Part shown: positions 34,217 to 42,841 of the stretch, piece by piece
Position numbering within the stretch: the stretch's first letter is position 1
Layout of the letters: each line of letters opens with the position of its first letter
Program-made: the position numbers and the translations under genes
The notes under the pieces: generated by a model
What the model was told of the DNA's origin: nothing
The model's database searches: none
The model's input: the letters and a program-made list of their open reading frames with translations, nothing else
Source: Vampirovibrionales bacterium
GTDB taxonomy: Bacteria > Cyanobacteriota > Vampirovibrionia > Vampirovibrionales > Vampirovibrionaceae
DNA length: 64,000 bases
Assembly: GCA_016712355.1 (NCBI GenBank)
Contig: JADJRF010000001.1
Coordinates: forward strand, 23,286-87,285
Reading direction: 5' to 3'

Positions 34217-34667
34217 CGATTGGAAGTTCGGCGGCTTCGATGACCCTGAAGAAAACTGGGTCAAGCTGCCCAAAGCGATATACGAGAACCTGGCGCGTTT
34301 TTCGAGCGAGGCTGAGTTGAAGGTTGTGCTCTATGTGCTGCGCCACACGTGGGGTTACGGCGACGACTACAAGGCGATGAGCGTCGATGAAATCTGCGCC
34401 GGCCGCAAGCGCAAGGATGGCACGCGCATCGATTCCGGCACGGGCTTGCAGCCCCAGGCGGCGCGCGATGGCATCAAGCGCGCCATCGAACATGGCTTCG
34501 TGCGCGTGTGGCTGGATGCATCCGATCCGGGCCGGCAGGTCAAGTATTACATGCTGGCGCGCCACGATCTTGACCGTCTCCCACCCGGCGTCGAGCAGCT
34601 TTTTGAGGCCGAAACCGGGGGTGAAAATCACCCAGGGGGGAGTGAAAATCACCGGGGGGGAGGGTGA
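34209..34667 (+). CDS. Replication initiator (lambda O / replisome-organizer-like), N-terminal DNA-binding part
   Basis: LKVVLYVLRHTWGYGDDYKAMSVDEI is typical of phage replication-initiator wHTH domains. The ORF runs into the iterons and stops there. Confidence 0.6.
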   Translation: MSDDWKFGGFDDPEENWVKLPKAIYENLARFSSEAELKVVLYVLRHTWGYGDDYKAMSVDEICAGRKRKDGTRIDSGTGLQPQAARDGIKRAIEHGFVRVWLDASDPGRQVKYYMLARHDLDRLPPGVEQLFEAETGGENHPGGSENHRGGG

Positions 34668-35334
34668 AAATCACCCAGGGGGGGTGAAAATCACCCAGGG
34701 GGGGGGTGAAAATCACCCATCGTACAGAGATAGATACTTAGATAGATCATCAGATAGAAACTTAGAGAGAAATGTTGAGGGGGGCAATGCACCGCAAGCG
34801 CCGCTACCAGCATCAGGCAACGCCAACGCCGACCCATTCTTTGGGCAATCGCGCGCGTCCTGGTACGGCTTTGGCGGGCAGCGTAAACGCGCCATGCAGA
34901 ACACCGACGCGGCCGTCAGGATTGGGCTGGACGCACCGGCGTTCACGGCGCTGGTCACGCGGCTGGTGGAAATCCATCACCTGGTCGCGATTGTCGATGC
35001 CGGCGATGACAATGAGTTGCGCCGGATGCAGGAGCTTGCCGTGATGCTGGCTGGCGCGTCCTTCCAGATCGACACCGTTGAGAAGATCGACAAGCTGTAC
35101 GCGGCTTGGAAGAAGCAGTACGGGAAAGGCGACGTGGCGCCCTACGCCAACTCGCTCAAGAACTACGCTAGTTCGTTAGCGCAACAGGGGAGATTGAAAG
35201 ATGGACATGTCATTGACGCCAGTGGCACGCGTGCTGTCGCTGCCGAAGGGGCGCGAACTCAAGCCGCCCGCGCCAAGCAGCGCGCCACTGCTGCACAGTT
35301 GCCCGCATTGCCGAGCGGGGATGTTGATTTCTAG
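34387..35334 (+). CDS. Replication initiator C-terminal part in a different frame (5' limit uncertain)
   Basis: The coding-like part begins in or after the iterons (possible GTG starts at 34621 or 34684). It may be joined to 34209..34667 by a frameshift in the G7-G9 runs. Confidence 0.4.
   Translation: MKSAPAASARMARASIPARACSPRRRAMASSAPSNMASCACGWMHPIRAGRSSITCWRATILTVSHPASSSFLRPKPGVKITQGGVKITGGEGENHPGGVKITQGGGENHPSYRDRYLDRSSDRNLERNVEGGNAPQAPLPASGNANADPFFGQSRASWYGFGGQRKRAMQNTDAAVRIGLDAPAFTALVTRLVEIHHLVAIVDAGDDNELRRMQELAVMLAGASFQIDTVEKIDKLYAAWKKQYGKGDVAPYANSLKNYASSLAQQGRLKDGHVIDASGTRAVAAEGARTQAARAKQRATAAQLPALPSGDVDF
34617..34719 (+). repeat. Five origin iterons GGGTGAAAATCACCC
   Basis: GTGAAAATCAC cores at 34621, 34642, 34664, 34684 and 34706 (spacing 20-22 bp). 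Each is an inverted repeat GGTGA-AAA-TCACC flanked by G runs. Confidence 0.85.
34617..34775. other. Putative origin of replication (iterons + phased AT-rich tract)
   Basis: Iterons are followed by AGATAGA x3 and AGAGAGA at exact 12-bp phasing (34728, 34740, 34752, 34764). The layout parallels lambda ori inside gene O. Confidence 0.7.
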
Positions 35335-36112
35335 CGGCATGACTCTGCGCGAAGCGATGGCGCTGCCGGATGGCGATTTGCTGCGCAACGCCGACTCGCT
35401 CTTTTGTCAGTGCGACGCCGGAAGCGCGCTGCTGGCGATGATCACGCGCCGCAACGCCGACTTCATGCAGTGGCTGAAGACCACCGAAACCGCACAGCGG
35501 GAAGCTGCCGCACGCGTGGCCGCCGGCGCGTTCGGGCTGGCCGGCATTCCAGATCGCTTCCGCAACGCGACCTGGGCGGCGATGCGCAACCGATGCGGGA
35601 AAGACCCGGAGAAGCAAGAGGCGTTGACGCTCACCTACCGGCTGATCCAGGACGGCTACATCGAGCGCGGCGGCGTCAAGAAGAAATCGCTCTTGCTGTG
35701 GTCGAAGCGGCGCGGCACAGGCAAGACGTACCTGGCGACAGCGGTCTTCAAGCAGGGGATCAAGAACCGGCCCGGCTTGTGGATTTGGTTTCATCGGCTG
35801 GTCGAGTCGGTGCGCGCCGGCTACAACAGCGACGGCGACGCCTACAAGCTGCTGGCGCAAGCGCGTGACATCGACGTGCTGATGATGGACGAATTGGGCC
35901 ACAACTGGCGCGACGACGCCACCGCGCACACGGTCGAGGTGCTGCACAGCGTGCTGTTTTACCGGCACGCCTACGATATGCCGACGATCTTCACCAGCAA
36001 CAAGTCGCCTGACGAATTGGCGACGATGTTTGGCGAGGAACATTGGCAGCGTATCGGGGAGATGGCGGCAATTGTGGAGATGGGCGGGGAAACGCTCAGG
36101 GAGATTGGGTGA
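35201..36112 (+). CDS. DnaC/IstB-like AAA+ helicase loader
   Basis: Walker A SKRRGTGKTYLA, Walker B DVLMMDELG. Start uncertain: 35201, or ATG 35339 just after the upstream stop. Confidence 0.75.
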   Translation: MDMSLTPVARVLSLPKGRELKPPAPSSAPLLHSCPHCRAGMLISSGMTLREAMALPDGDLLRNADSLFCQCDAGSALLAMITRRNADFMQWLKTTETAQREAAARVAAGAFGLAGIPDRFRNATWAAMRNRCGKDPEKQEALTLTYRLIQDGYIERGGVKKKSLLLWSKRRGTGKTYLATAVFKQGIKNRPGLWIWFHRLVESVRAGYNSDGDAYKLLAQARDIDVLMMDELGHNWRDDATAHTVEVLHSVLFYRHAYDMPTIFTSNKSPDELATMFGEEHWQRIGEMAAIVEMGGETLREIG

Positions 36113-37470
36113 TGACAAACGACGCATCGGCAATGCTTTCACAGCCCTACGACCTGCGCGCCGAAAAAGCCGTCATCGGCTCGGCGCTGATCGACCCGGA
36201 CGCCTACGACCGCGCCGCCGGCTTGGGGTTGACGGCGAAGGACTTCTACCAGGAAGCCAACACCGTAATCTGGCAAGCGATGGAGTACCTGGCGGCGCGC
36301 GGCGAGCCGGTCAACGATTTCGTGCTGGTGACAAACGAGATCGAGCAAGCCGGCGACCTCGACACGTTGGGGAGCGTGGCGTACCTGACGGAGTGCGCCG
36401 CCGACACGCCCAGCGCGCTGTACATCGACCACTATGCCAAGATCGTGCTGGCGGCTTCGCTGCGCCGGCGCATCATCGGCGCCGGCAGCGACATTGTGAA
36501 GTTGGCATACGAAGCGACCAACGACGGCGACCCGGCGCTGCTGCTGGATGCCGCTATGCAGAAGTTTATCGATATAACCGCCGAAAGTTCGGCGGGTTTT
36601 ACGCCGGTCAGCAAAGTCTTGCCGGACGCGCTCAACCAGATCGAGCAGGGCAACACGACCGGGATCATGACCGGGTACGGCATGTTGGATCGCATCCTCG
36701 GCGGGTTGCGACCGGGCGAATTGAGCATCCTGGCCGGGCGGCCGGCGATGGGCAAGAGCGGCCTGGCGCAATGCATCGTCAACAACATCTGCAAGCGCGG
36801 GCGGAACGTTGCGCTCGTCAACCTGGAGATGAGCAGCCAGGAGACCACCAATCGCATTCTGTCGCAAGAGAGCGGCGTGCCGTTGACCACGATCCGGCGC
36901 GGCGGCGAGTACGTGGCCGAAGACGAGTGGGTGGCGCTGCTGGCGGCGGCGTCGGTGATCAGCGAGTTCGGCTTGTTCTTGCTCGACAAGCCGTCGGTGT
37001 CCGTGAGCCAGTTGCGCGGCGTCTGTCGCGGACTCCAGCGCACCTACGGCCTCGATATGGTCGTGATCGACTACCTGCAACTGCTTAGCACGGGCAAGAA
37101 GCAAGGCAGCGACGAGAACCGGCAACAGGAAGTCTCCTACATTGCACGCAGTCTCAAAATCCTGGCGCGTGAGTTGGGCGTGCCAGTGCTGGCGCTGGCG
37201 CAGTTGTCGCGTGCGGTCGAATCGCGCGCCGACAAGCGCCCGATGCTGAGCGACCTGCGCGAGTCGGGTGAAATAGAGCAGGCGGCGGATTCCGTGATGT
37301 TCATCTATCGCGATGACTACTACAACGAGGATAGCGAACGCCAGAACATTGCCGATGTCATCGTCGCCAAAAACCGCAACGACGGCACCGGGTCCGCGCC
37401 GCTCTACTTCCGCAAAGAGTTGACCGTCTTCCGTGATCTGGAAGTCTCACGCACCACATTGGAGTACTGA
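36112..37470 (+). CDS. dnaB: Replicative DNA helicase DnaB
   Basis: N-terminal PYDLRAEKAVIGSALID, Walker A AGRPAMGKSGLA, Walker B VVIDYLQLL, then SRAVESR..KRPMLSDLRESG. Confidence 0.9.
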   Translation: MTNDASAMLSQPYDLRAEKAVIGSALIDPDAYDRAAGLGLTAKDFYQEANTVIWQAMEYLAARGEPVNDFVLVTNEIEQAGDLDTLGSVAYLTECAADTPSALYIDHYAKIVLAASLRRRIIGAGSDIVKLAYEATNDGDPALLLDAAMQKFIDITAESSAGFTPVSKVLPDALNQIEQGNTTGIMTGYGMLDRILGGLRPGELSILAGRPAMGKSGLAQCIVNNICKRGRNVALVNLEMSSQETTNRILSQESGVPLTTIRRGGEYVAEDEWVALLAAASVISEFGLFLLDKPSVSVSQLRGVCRGLQRTYGLDMVVIDYLQLLSTGKKQGSDENRQQEVSYIARSLKILARELGVPVLALAQLSRAVESRADKRPMLSDLRESGEIEQAADSVMFIYRDDYYNEDSERQNIADVIVAKNRNDGTGSAPLYFRKELTVFRDLEVSRTTLEY

Positions 37471-37477
37471 AAAGCAA

Positions 37478-37502
37478 AGCGCCGGCCATAAAGACCGGCG
37501 CT
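37478..37502 (+). terminator. Weak stem-loop after dnaB
   Basis: AGCGCCGG-ccataaaga-CCGGCGCT; no clear T tract. Confidence 0.3.
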
Positions 37503-37612
37503 CGCCAACATCGGCAATGTGATGTTTGGGTGACGCCTTGATAGTAGCACACCTGTGCGGCTGCTGTCAAGCACTTCTCGTCAGTTTAGTTTGATAAGCC
37601 AAAGGTAATACC

Positions 37613-38200
37613 ATGAGCGGAATTTGGAACGTAGAAAAATCGGGTGCTACAGGATACGCACATGGTGAAGGTGGAGCGCCGATCATGCGCGATGGGACGT
37701 ACTTTTTCCGGCTCAAAACGCGCTGTTTTGTGCGCTTTGGCGAGATGTACGACGCAATTGTCGCCTACAAACGCGCGCATGACGGAAATTCACCCTCCGT
37801 GCGCAACCTGATGGCGATCTGCAACTACAACAGCACGGCGGCGGTGATGCACGCGTTGGAGGCGCTGGAAGCGGAAGGGCTGATCACGCGCGGCTACAAC
37901 ATATCGCGTCATATCTGCGTGGCCGGCGGTGCATGGACGCACGGCGGCGCGCATGATGCCGAACTAACGCCATACGCATCGATGGCGTGGACACGCATTG
38001 TCGAGTACAAGCAAGCGCACGACGGCAACGCGCCGACGATACACGACCTGATGGTGCGCTGTCGGTTTTCTAGCAAATCGGTCACACGCGCCGCTGTGGT
38101 CGAGCTACGCACGGCGCAATTGGTGCGAATGCCACCTGATCCGATTGCACGGCATCTGGAAGTAGTGGGCGGCCAATGGACGCTGGCCGGCGGTGAGTGA
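37613..38200 (+). CDS. Protein with two tandem LexA-N-like winged-helix domains
   Basis: Two repeats: IVAYKRAHDGNSPSVRNLMAICNYNSTAAVMHALEALEAEGLITR and IVEYKQAHDGNAPTIHDLMVRCRFSSKSVTRAAVVELRTAQLVR. Confidence 0.55.
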   Translation: MSGIWNVEKSGATGYAHGEGGAPIMRDGTYFFRLKTRCFVRFGEMYDAIVAYKRAHDGNSPSVRNLMAICNYNSTAAVMHALEALEAEGLITRGYNISRHICVAGGAWTHGGAHDAELTPYASMAWTRIVEYKQAHDGNAPTIHDLMVRCRFSSKSVTRAAVVELRTAQLVRMPPDPIARHLEVVGGQWTLAGGE

Positions 38201-38450
38201 GCTTGTCGGCGCCAGCGTGCGCTTCGTCGGCAGCAACGGCGACACGCGTCTCGGTGTCGTGCTGGCTGTCGAGGCCGGCGGGTTGATCCAAGTCGCCTGG
38301 GATCGGTTTAGCGATTTAGAAGCTCGCTTCGTCGCCGCCAAGCGCAAACCGAGCGACCACGAGCAAGCCGCCATCGAGCCGCACAAGGCGTGGGTGTACG
38401 CCCCCGGCCACAGCGGATGGCCGGCGGGATCGAAATTGGAGATCGTGTAG
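38193..38450 (+). CDS. Hypothetical protein
   Basis: GTG start overlaps the upstream stop. Confidence 0.45.
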   Translation: MSELVGASVRFVGSNGDTRLGVVLAVEAGGLIQVAWDRFSDLEARFVAAKRKPSDHEQAAIEPHKAWVYAPGHSGWPAGSKLEIV

Positions 38451-38481
38451 AGCTTTCTTAGAGTTTTCTTGGAGGTTTCAC

Positions 38482-38718
38482 ATGCCACAACACAGCGTTA
38501 TCGTCCGAACCTATGCCAACTGTGTTATCACCGTCAGTCGATCCTGTGACGGACTGGGCGCGTTGTGCGCCCACGTGCTCGATGCTAGAACACACATGCA
38601 CACGCCGGCTATCAATGCTACCAACTCCGAACAGGCGCTGGAACAGGCAATGGCGTTTGTCGATGCGCTGCCCGAAGAAGGGCGCACGTGGGCGCCGTCA
38701 CTGCCCGTGCGGATTTGA
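38482..38718 (+). CDS. Hypothetical protein
   Basis: GGAGG SD then ATG. Confidence 0.5.
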   Translation: MPQHSVIVRTYANCVITVSRSCDGLGALCAHVLDARTHMHTPAINATNSEQALEQAMAFVDALPEEGRTWAPSLPVRI

Positions 38719-38763
38719 CGAATTATGCGCTACATGGTATTATTTTGATTAGTTCGGCAATGT
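38715..38763 (+). promoter_or_regulatory. Sigma70-like promoter with GGCAATGT box
   Basis: TTGACG, 17-nt spacer, TGG-TATTAT (38738-38743), GGCAATGT 38756-38763. Confidence 0.6.
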
Positions 38764-38780
38764 TGGAAGGGAGTGACGCC

Positions 38781-39005
38781 ATGTGGTGGTTCTACATCAA
38801 CGCCGGCCAGCCGTGGGGATTGACCAAGACCCAGGTTGGCAAGCTGGTCAACCAGTACAACCTGCGTAGCAAAAGCATCGGCACGCGCTCTGCCGTGTAC
38901 GGGCCGGAGTGGGTGCAACTGATGCGTAAGCTCGGCAAGCAGCCGGCAGATGCGGTCTATGCCCGCAACATTGCCGAGTTGCCTGCCGTTTTTTTTGGGG
39001 CGTAA
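38781..39005 (+). CDS. Hypothetical protein
   Basis: GGGAGTGA SD then ATG 38781, in frame with ORF 38688..39005. Confidence 0.5.
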   Translation: MWWFYINAGQPWGLTKTQVGKLVNQYNLRSKSIGTRSAVYGPEWVQLMRKLGKQPADAVYARNIAELPAVFFGA

Positions 39006-39006
39006 T

Positions 39007-39564
39007 ATGCCTACAGGAATACAAAAGCGCCGAGATATTCATCGCAGCCCCTTTGCGGTGACAGTACCCTTCACCAAGCCCGAACAGGCTCTGATCGCGC
39101 GGCTGGCTGAGGAGCGGCAAGCGCCCAAAGAGAACCACGCTTCGGCGCGCGACAAGCGAATCATGTACCGCGACAACGTGGCGACGCACCTGATCGGACT
39201 GATGGGCGAGTACGCCGTCTCGAAGACGCTTGGCGTGCCTTTCGACCAGGAAGCCTACGTCGCCGGCGACTTGGAAAAGGACATGGTGATCTTCGGCGTG
39301 GGCGTCGAGATCAAGACGCTCCAGGGTTATCTGGCTTTTCGGGTGCTCGAAGACTTCGTGGCCGATGTCGCCGTGCTGGTGACGTACAAGGCCGGCGTCT
39401 TCGACCAGGTGACGATCCAGGGCTGGATCGACCGGGAGACTTTTGCGGCGTGCCATTTTCAAGACGACTTCGGGTACGGCGTGCGCCCCTGTATGCAGCC
39501 CAATCGTCTACATCCGATTTTTACCCTCAAGACATTTTGCGAGGTGCGAGCGAAACATGTCTGA
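39007..39564 (+). CDS. PD-(D/E)xK nuclease-fold protein (tentative)
   Basis: ATG 39007. GLMGEYAV...AGDLEKD...GVEIKT fits an E...D...ExK layout. Overlaps the dam-family gene start. Confidence 0.4.
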   Translation: MPTGIQKRRDIHRSPFAVTVPFTKPEQALIARLAEERQAPKENHASARDKRIMYRDNVATHLIGLMGEYAVSKTLGVPFDQEAYVAGDLEKDMVIFGVGVEIKTLQGYLAFRVLEDFVADVAVLVTYKAGVFDQVTIQGWIDRETFAACHFQDDFGYGVRPCMQPNRLHPIFTLKTFCEVRAKHV

Positions 39565-40402
39565 TGCAATCACGCCGGCGCTAAAGTGGCCCGGCTCCAA
39601 ACGATGGTTGGTGGATCAACTGAGCGAACTCTACGTGCCCTACCGCAAGCGGTGGTTCGTGGATTTGTTCACAGGGTCAGGCGCGGCGGTGCTCGGCGTG
39701 CATCCAGACCGCGCCATCCTCAACGACGCCAACCCGCACGTGATGAACTTTCACAAGTGGGTGCGCATGGGGCTGTGCATCGACCACGACATGGCGCGTG
39801 GCGTCGATGGGCTGGTGGTGCCGTTGGTCAATGACCAGGACATCTACTACGCGCACCGAGAACGCTTCAACGCGCTGATCGACGCCGGCCAAGCCAACTC
39901 ACAGGAAGCGGCGCTGCTGTTCTGGTACATGAATCGCACGGGCTACAACGGGCTGGTGCGGTTCAATCGCGGCGGGCATTTCAATACGCCCTTTGGCCGC
40001 TACGCCAAGCTGGACTACGCCGGCTATGCGGTGAAGTTTCACCAGATTGGGCGGGCGATGCAAACCTGGCGCCTGTTGAGCCGGGACTTCACGCTGGTGC
40101 CCGTCAAGCCCGGCGATTTTCTCTACGCCGATCCTCCCTACGACAACCAGGCCGGCGGCGGCTTTACCGGCTACGCGGCGGGCAGCTTTGCCTGGTACGA
40201 CCAGGTGCGCCTGGCGGATTTTCTGGCAAAGCACGACGGGCCGGTCGTTGCCAGCAACGCTGCCACCGACCGGATTATCGACCTGTACCGCGAGCGCGGC
40301 TTCCAGGTCGAAACGGTCTCTGTGCGCCGCTCGATTTCTTGCAAGGGCAGCCGGCGCACGGCGGCGATGGAGATCATCGCCACGAAAGGGGTGCGAAAGT
40401 GA
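39557..40402 (+). CDS. dam: Dam-family (D12 class) N6-adenine DNA methyltransferase
   Basis: LKWPGSKRWL, FVDLFTGSGAAVL (motif I), YADPPYD (motif IV). Confidence 0.9.
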   Translation: MSDAITPALKWPGSKRWLVDQLSELYVPYRKRWFVDLFTGSGAAVLGVHPDRAILNDANPHVMNFHKWVRMGLCIDHDMARGVDGLVVPLVNDQDIYYAHRERFNALIDAGQANSQEAALLFWYMNRTGYNGLVRFNRGGHFNTPFGRYAKLDYAGYAVKFHQIGRAMQTWRLLSRDFTLVPVKPGDFLYADPPYDNQAGGGFTGYAAGSFAWYDQVRLADFLAKHDGPVVASNAATDRIIDLYRERGFQVETVSVRRSISCKGSRRTAAMEIIATKGVRK

Positions 40403-40650
40403 TTCGCAGTCATCTACGCCCGCATGGGCATCCTACCGCACGCAAGGAGTTTGCACGCCTGCACGCACGGCGCCAGTGGGACGCGTTGCTGGCGTGGTGC
40501 GTGGACGCGGGGCACAACGTAGCGGCGCTGACGCCGGCGGTCGATGCCGATGCAAAGGCGATCCGGCGCCAGATAGCCAAGACGCGTCAGGCGTTGCGGC
40601 GGCGTGGCGTGGCTGTGCCGGTGATGCTGGAGAGCAATCTTGATGTGTAG
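40399..40650 (+). CDS. Hypothetical basic protein
   Basis: GTGA overlap, in frame with ORF 40339..40650. Confidence 0.45.
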   Translation: MIRSHLRPHGHPTARKEFARLHARRQWDALLAWCVDAGHNVAALTPAVDADAKAIRRQIAKTRQALRRRGVAVPVMLESNLDV

Positions 40651-41269
40651 ACAACGCCGAAGCAGTACGGCGATAGCCCACCGTGAAAAAAAGTTGCAGC
40701 GGTCGAACGACTCATACGTCGTGGCGGCGGGGCGCATTGACCTGTCGTCCATAGAACCGGCCGAAAGTCCTTCGTTGGGCGCGTGGGGGCGGAATGCGGG
40801 AGACCGTCCCCGATTCAGTTTTCTGAGTTCCAGGTTGGGCTGCACTGACTGGACGCTGGTTGCCGTACTGCTCGTCTTTGCCTTGAGCCTGGGCACGCTC
40901 ACTCGCGCCCAGGCTCAAGGCCATCTACTCGATTTACCGGACGCCCTGACGCTGCGCATGGCGCAGGTTGCCAAAGGCGAGGACGGCATCGACCCGGCGC
41001 AACCGGCGTGCGTGATGCGCAATCGCATCGTGGCCGGCTGGTCGCCGTGGAAAGTGCTCAATCACTTCTACGCTGCGCCGCACACAGTTAGCGCCGACGA
41101 ACTGGCGCGTGTGCGCGCCGTGCTGCGCGATGGCGCCGGCTGCGACCCGGACGCCTACTTCCAGTGGTCAACCTCCGACGTGACGCGTGTGAAGCCGGCG
41201 GCGAGTGCCTGGCTTTACAGCGCCAACGGCAACCACTACTACCGGCGCGACGCGCTGAAACGAGGCTAA
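40640..41269 (+). CDS. Secreted SleB-like cell-wall hydrolase (start uncertain)
   Basis: Signal-like WTLVAVLLVFALSLGTLTRAQAQG, then MAQVAKGEDG...ACVMRNRIVAG...HFYAAPH resembling the Hydrolase_2/SleB domain. Confidence 0.5.
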   Translation: MMCRQRRSSTAIAHREKKLQRSNDSYVVAAGRIDLSSIEPAESPSLGAWGRNAGDRPRFSFLSSRLGCTDWTLVAVLLVFALSLGTLTRAQAQGHLLDLPDALTLRMAQVAKGEDGIDPAQPACVMRNRIVAGWSPWKVLNHFYAAPHTVSADELARVRAVLRDGAGCDPDAYFQWSTSDVTRVKPAASAWLYSANGNHYYRRDALKRG

Positions 41270-41273
41270 CCGC

Positions 41274-42302
41274 GTGATCACCAAGCGCAAAGTCGCCATG
41301 CCGCCGCCGCGCCCTGGGCAGCACGGCGCCGAGATTATCAAGCGGCTGGAACGCAACGTCAACGGCAACCGCCGCGCGTGGCAGGTCTTCGCTGACTTTT
41401 GCGAGATTGCAGAGCGATGTCTGATCGACCAGCCAGCACACATCGAGAACGCTGCTGCCGGTTTGCCCGTTACGGAGAACGACGAGACGGTCGCCGTCTG
41501 GGAGAAGCTCTTTCAGTGGTACCCGAAGCACAGGGAAAATGACTGGCAGAACTTCACGGAGTGCTACATCCTGCTTGTGGACGCCGCCGACAACGCGCAG
41601 AAGATCGATTCTTCGTGGGACGTATTGGGCGAAGTTTTCATGGACTTTGGGGCGCCGAGCGCCTGGCACGGCCAGTTCTTCACGCCGTGGGTAGTCGCCA
41701 AGATGACCGCGCAGATAACCCACGACGACAGCCTGCTGCACACGCGCCTGCTCGAAGCGGCGCGGCGCGTCTCGAAAGCCGGCGGCGTGGACGGCGCGCT
41801 GCTCGACAGCATGGCGCTGCTGAGCCTGGGTGCGCCTGGGGAGAGTCTTCAAGCCAAACAGGGCGATTGGTTCAACCGCTGGTTTTTGCCGCGCGTGGCG
41901 CCCCACGTCGAGCCGGTGATGGTGTACGACTGCGCGTGCGGCAGCGGCGTCATGCTGATGGCAAGCGCCAGCCAACAGCCAACATGGGCGAATCAGTGGG
42001 GCTTGGTGCGCTACTACGGGCAGGACATCGACGCACAGTGCGTGCAGATGGCGCGCATCAACATGATGCTGCACGGGTTGAACGGATATGCGCTCAAGTG
42101 TGACCGCGCCCTGTTGCGCGGCAACTTGCGCAAGCAAGGGATCGACCCGGACGCGCTGGAAACGCTGCCCGTACTGGCGCCAATACAATCCGCCGAACAT
42201 TCACCGATATTGCCGGCGGCGCACACAAACGGCGGGACGCCGGCGCGCATCGATGTCGAGGTCAACTGGGCGAACGCAGCGCAGTTGGGTTTGTTTGCGT
42301 GA
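41274..42302 (+). CDS. HsdM/N6_Mtase-like protein lacking the catalytic NPPF/Y motif
   Basis: GQFFTP (motif X), VYDCACGSGVML (motif I), YGQDIDAQCVQMARINMMLHGL. The ORF ends ~70 aa later with no (N/D)PP(F/Y/W). Confidence 0.6.
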   Translation: MITKRKVAMPPPRPGQHGAEIIKRLERNVNGNRRAWQVFADFCEIAERCLIDQPAHIENAAAGLPVTENDETVAVWEKLFQWYPKHRENDWQNFTECYILLVDAADNAQKIDSSWDVLGEVFMDFGAPSAWHGQFFTPWVVAKMTAQITHDDSLLHTRLLEAARRVSKAGGVDGALLDSMALLSLGAPGESLQAKQGDWFNRWFLPRVAPHVEPVMVYDCACGSGVMLMASASQQPTWANQWGLVRYYGQDIDAQCVQMARINMMLHGLNGYALKCDRALLRGNLRKQGIDPDALETLPVLAPIQSAEHSPILPAAHTNGGTPARIDVEVNWANAAQLGLFA

Positions 42303-42310
42303 GGTGTCAC

Positions 42311-42412
42311 GTGCCAAGAACAATCACAGACTGGGTATTGGTGTTGGCCGGTACGGGGTTCGTGGTGTGGATGTTGTTTGTTTTTGCCGCTGCGTGGGTG
42401 CTTGGCGGCTGA
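42311..42412 (+). CDS. Tiny membrane peptide (33 aa)
   Basis: GTG 42311; hydrophobic WVLVLAGTGFVVWMLFVFAAAWVLGG. Confidence 0.3.
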   Translation: MPRTITDWVLVLAGTGFVVWMLFVFAAAWVLGG

Positions 42413-42439
42413 GTACGGATTATCGAGAAGGAGGACTCG

Positions 42440-42841
42440 GTGAGCGAACAATTGGGAACACATTGGGAAAACTGTGCAACGGAAGGCGGCGAGGGGCATT
42501 ACGCGTGCGCGGTGGCCGAGATCGAGCGATTGCGCGCGCAGTTGCAGGCGCAAGCTCCGCAGCCTGGCGCCGTCTCGGTGTTGGCGTCGGACATTGTGTT
42601 TGGCGACGCTCAACCTACCTACGAGTTCGTACAGCACCCGGCGCACTACAACAGCCACCCGGCCGGCATTGAGTGCATTACGGTCATCGAGCCGATGAGC
42701 TTCAATGTCGGCACGGCGATTAAACACTTGTGGCGCGCCGGCCTGAAGCCAGGCGCCGACCACGTGCAGGACTTGCGCAAGGCGATCACCTATATCGAGT
42801 TCGAGATTGCGCGCATCGAGCGCGGCAAGGCCGGCGGCTGA
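42440..42841 (+). CDS. DUF3310-family phage protein
   Basis: HPAHYNSHPAGIECITVIE...NVGTAIKHLWRAGLK...DLRKAITYIEFEI matches the DUF3310 signature. Confidence 0.7.
   Translation: MSEQLGTHWENCATEGGEGHYACAVAEIERLRAQLQAQAPQPGAVSVLASDIVFGDAQPTYEFVQHPAHYNSHPAGIECITVIEPMSFNVGTAIKHLWRAGLKPGADHVQDLRKAITYIEFEIARIERGKAGG

Noticed and set aside
34617-34719. Regularly spaced repeats that could be mistaken for a mini CRISPR array
   Set aside because: Repeat cores are only 11-15 bp, the 'spacers' are 6-10 nt and made mostly of G runs, and the array sits inside a replication-initiator gene followed by an AT-rich tract. This is iteron-origin architecture, not CRISPR.
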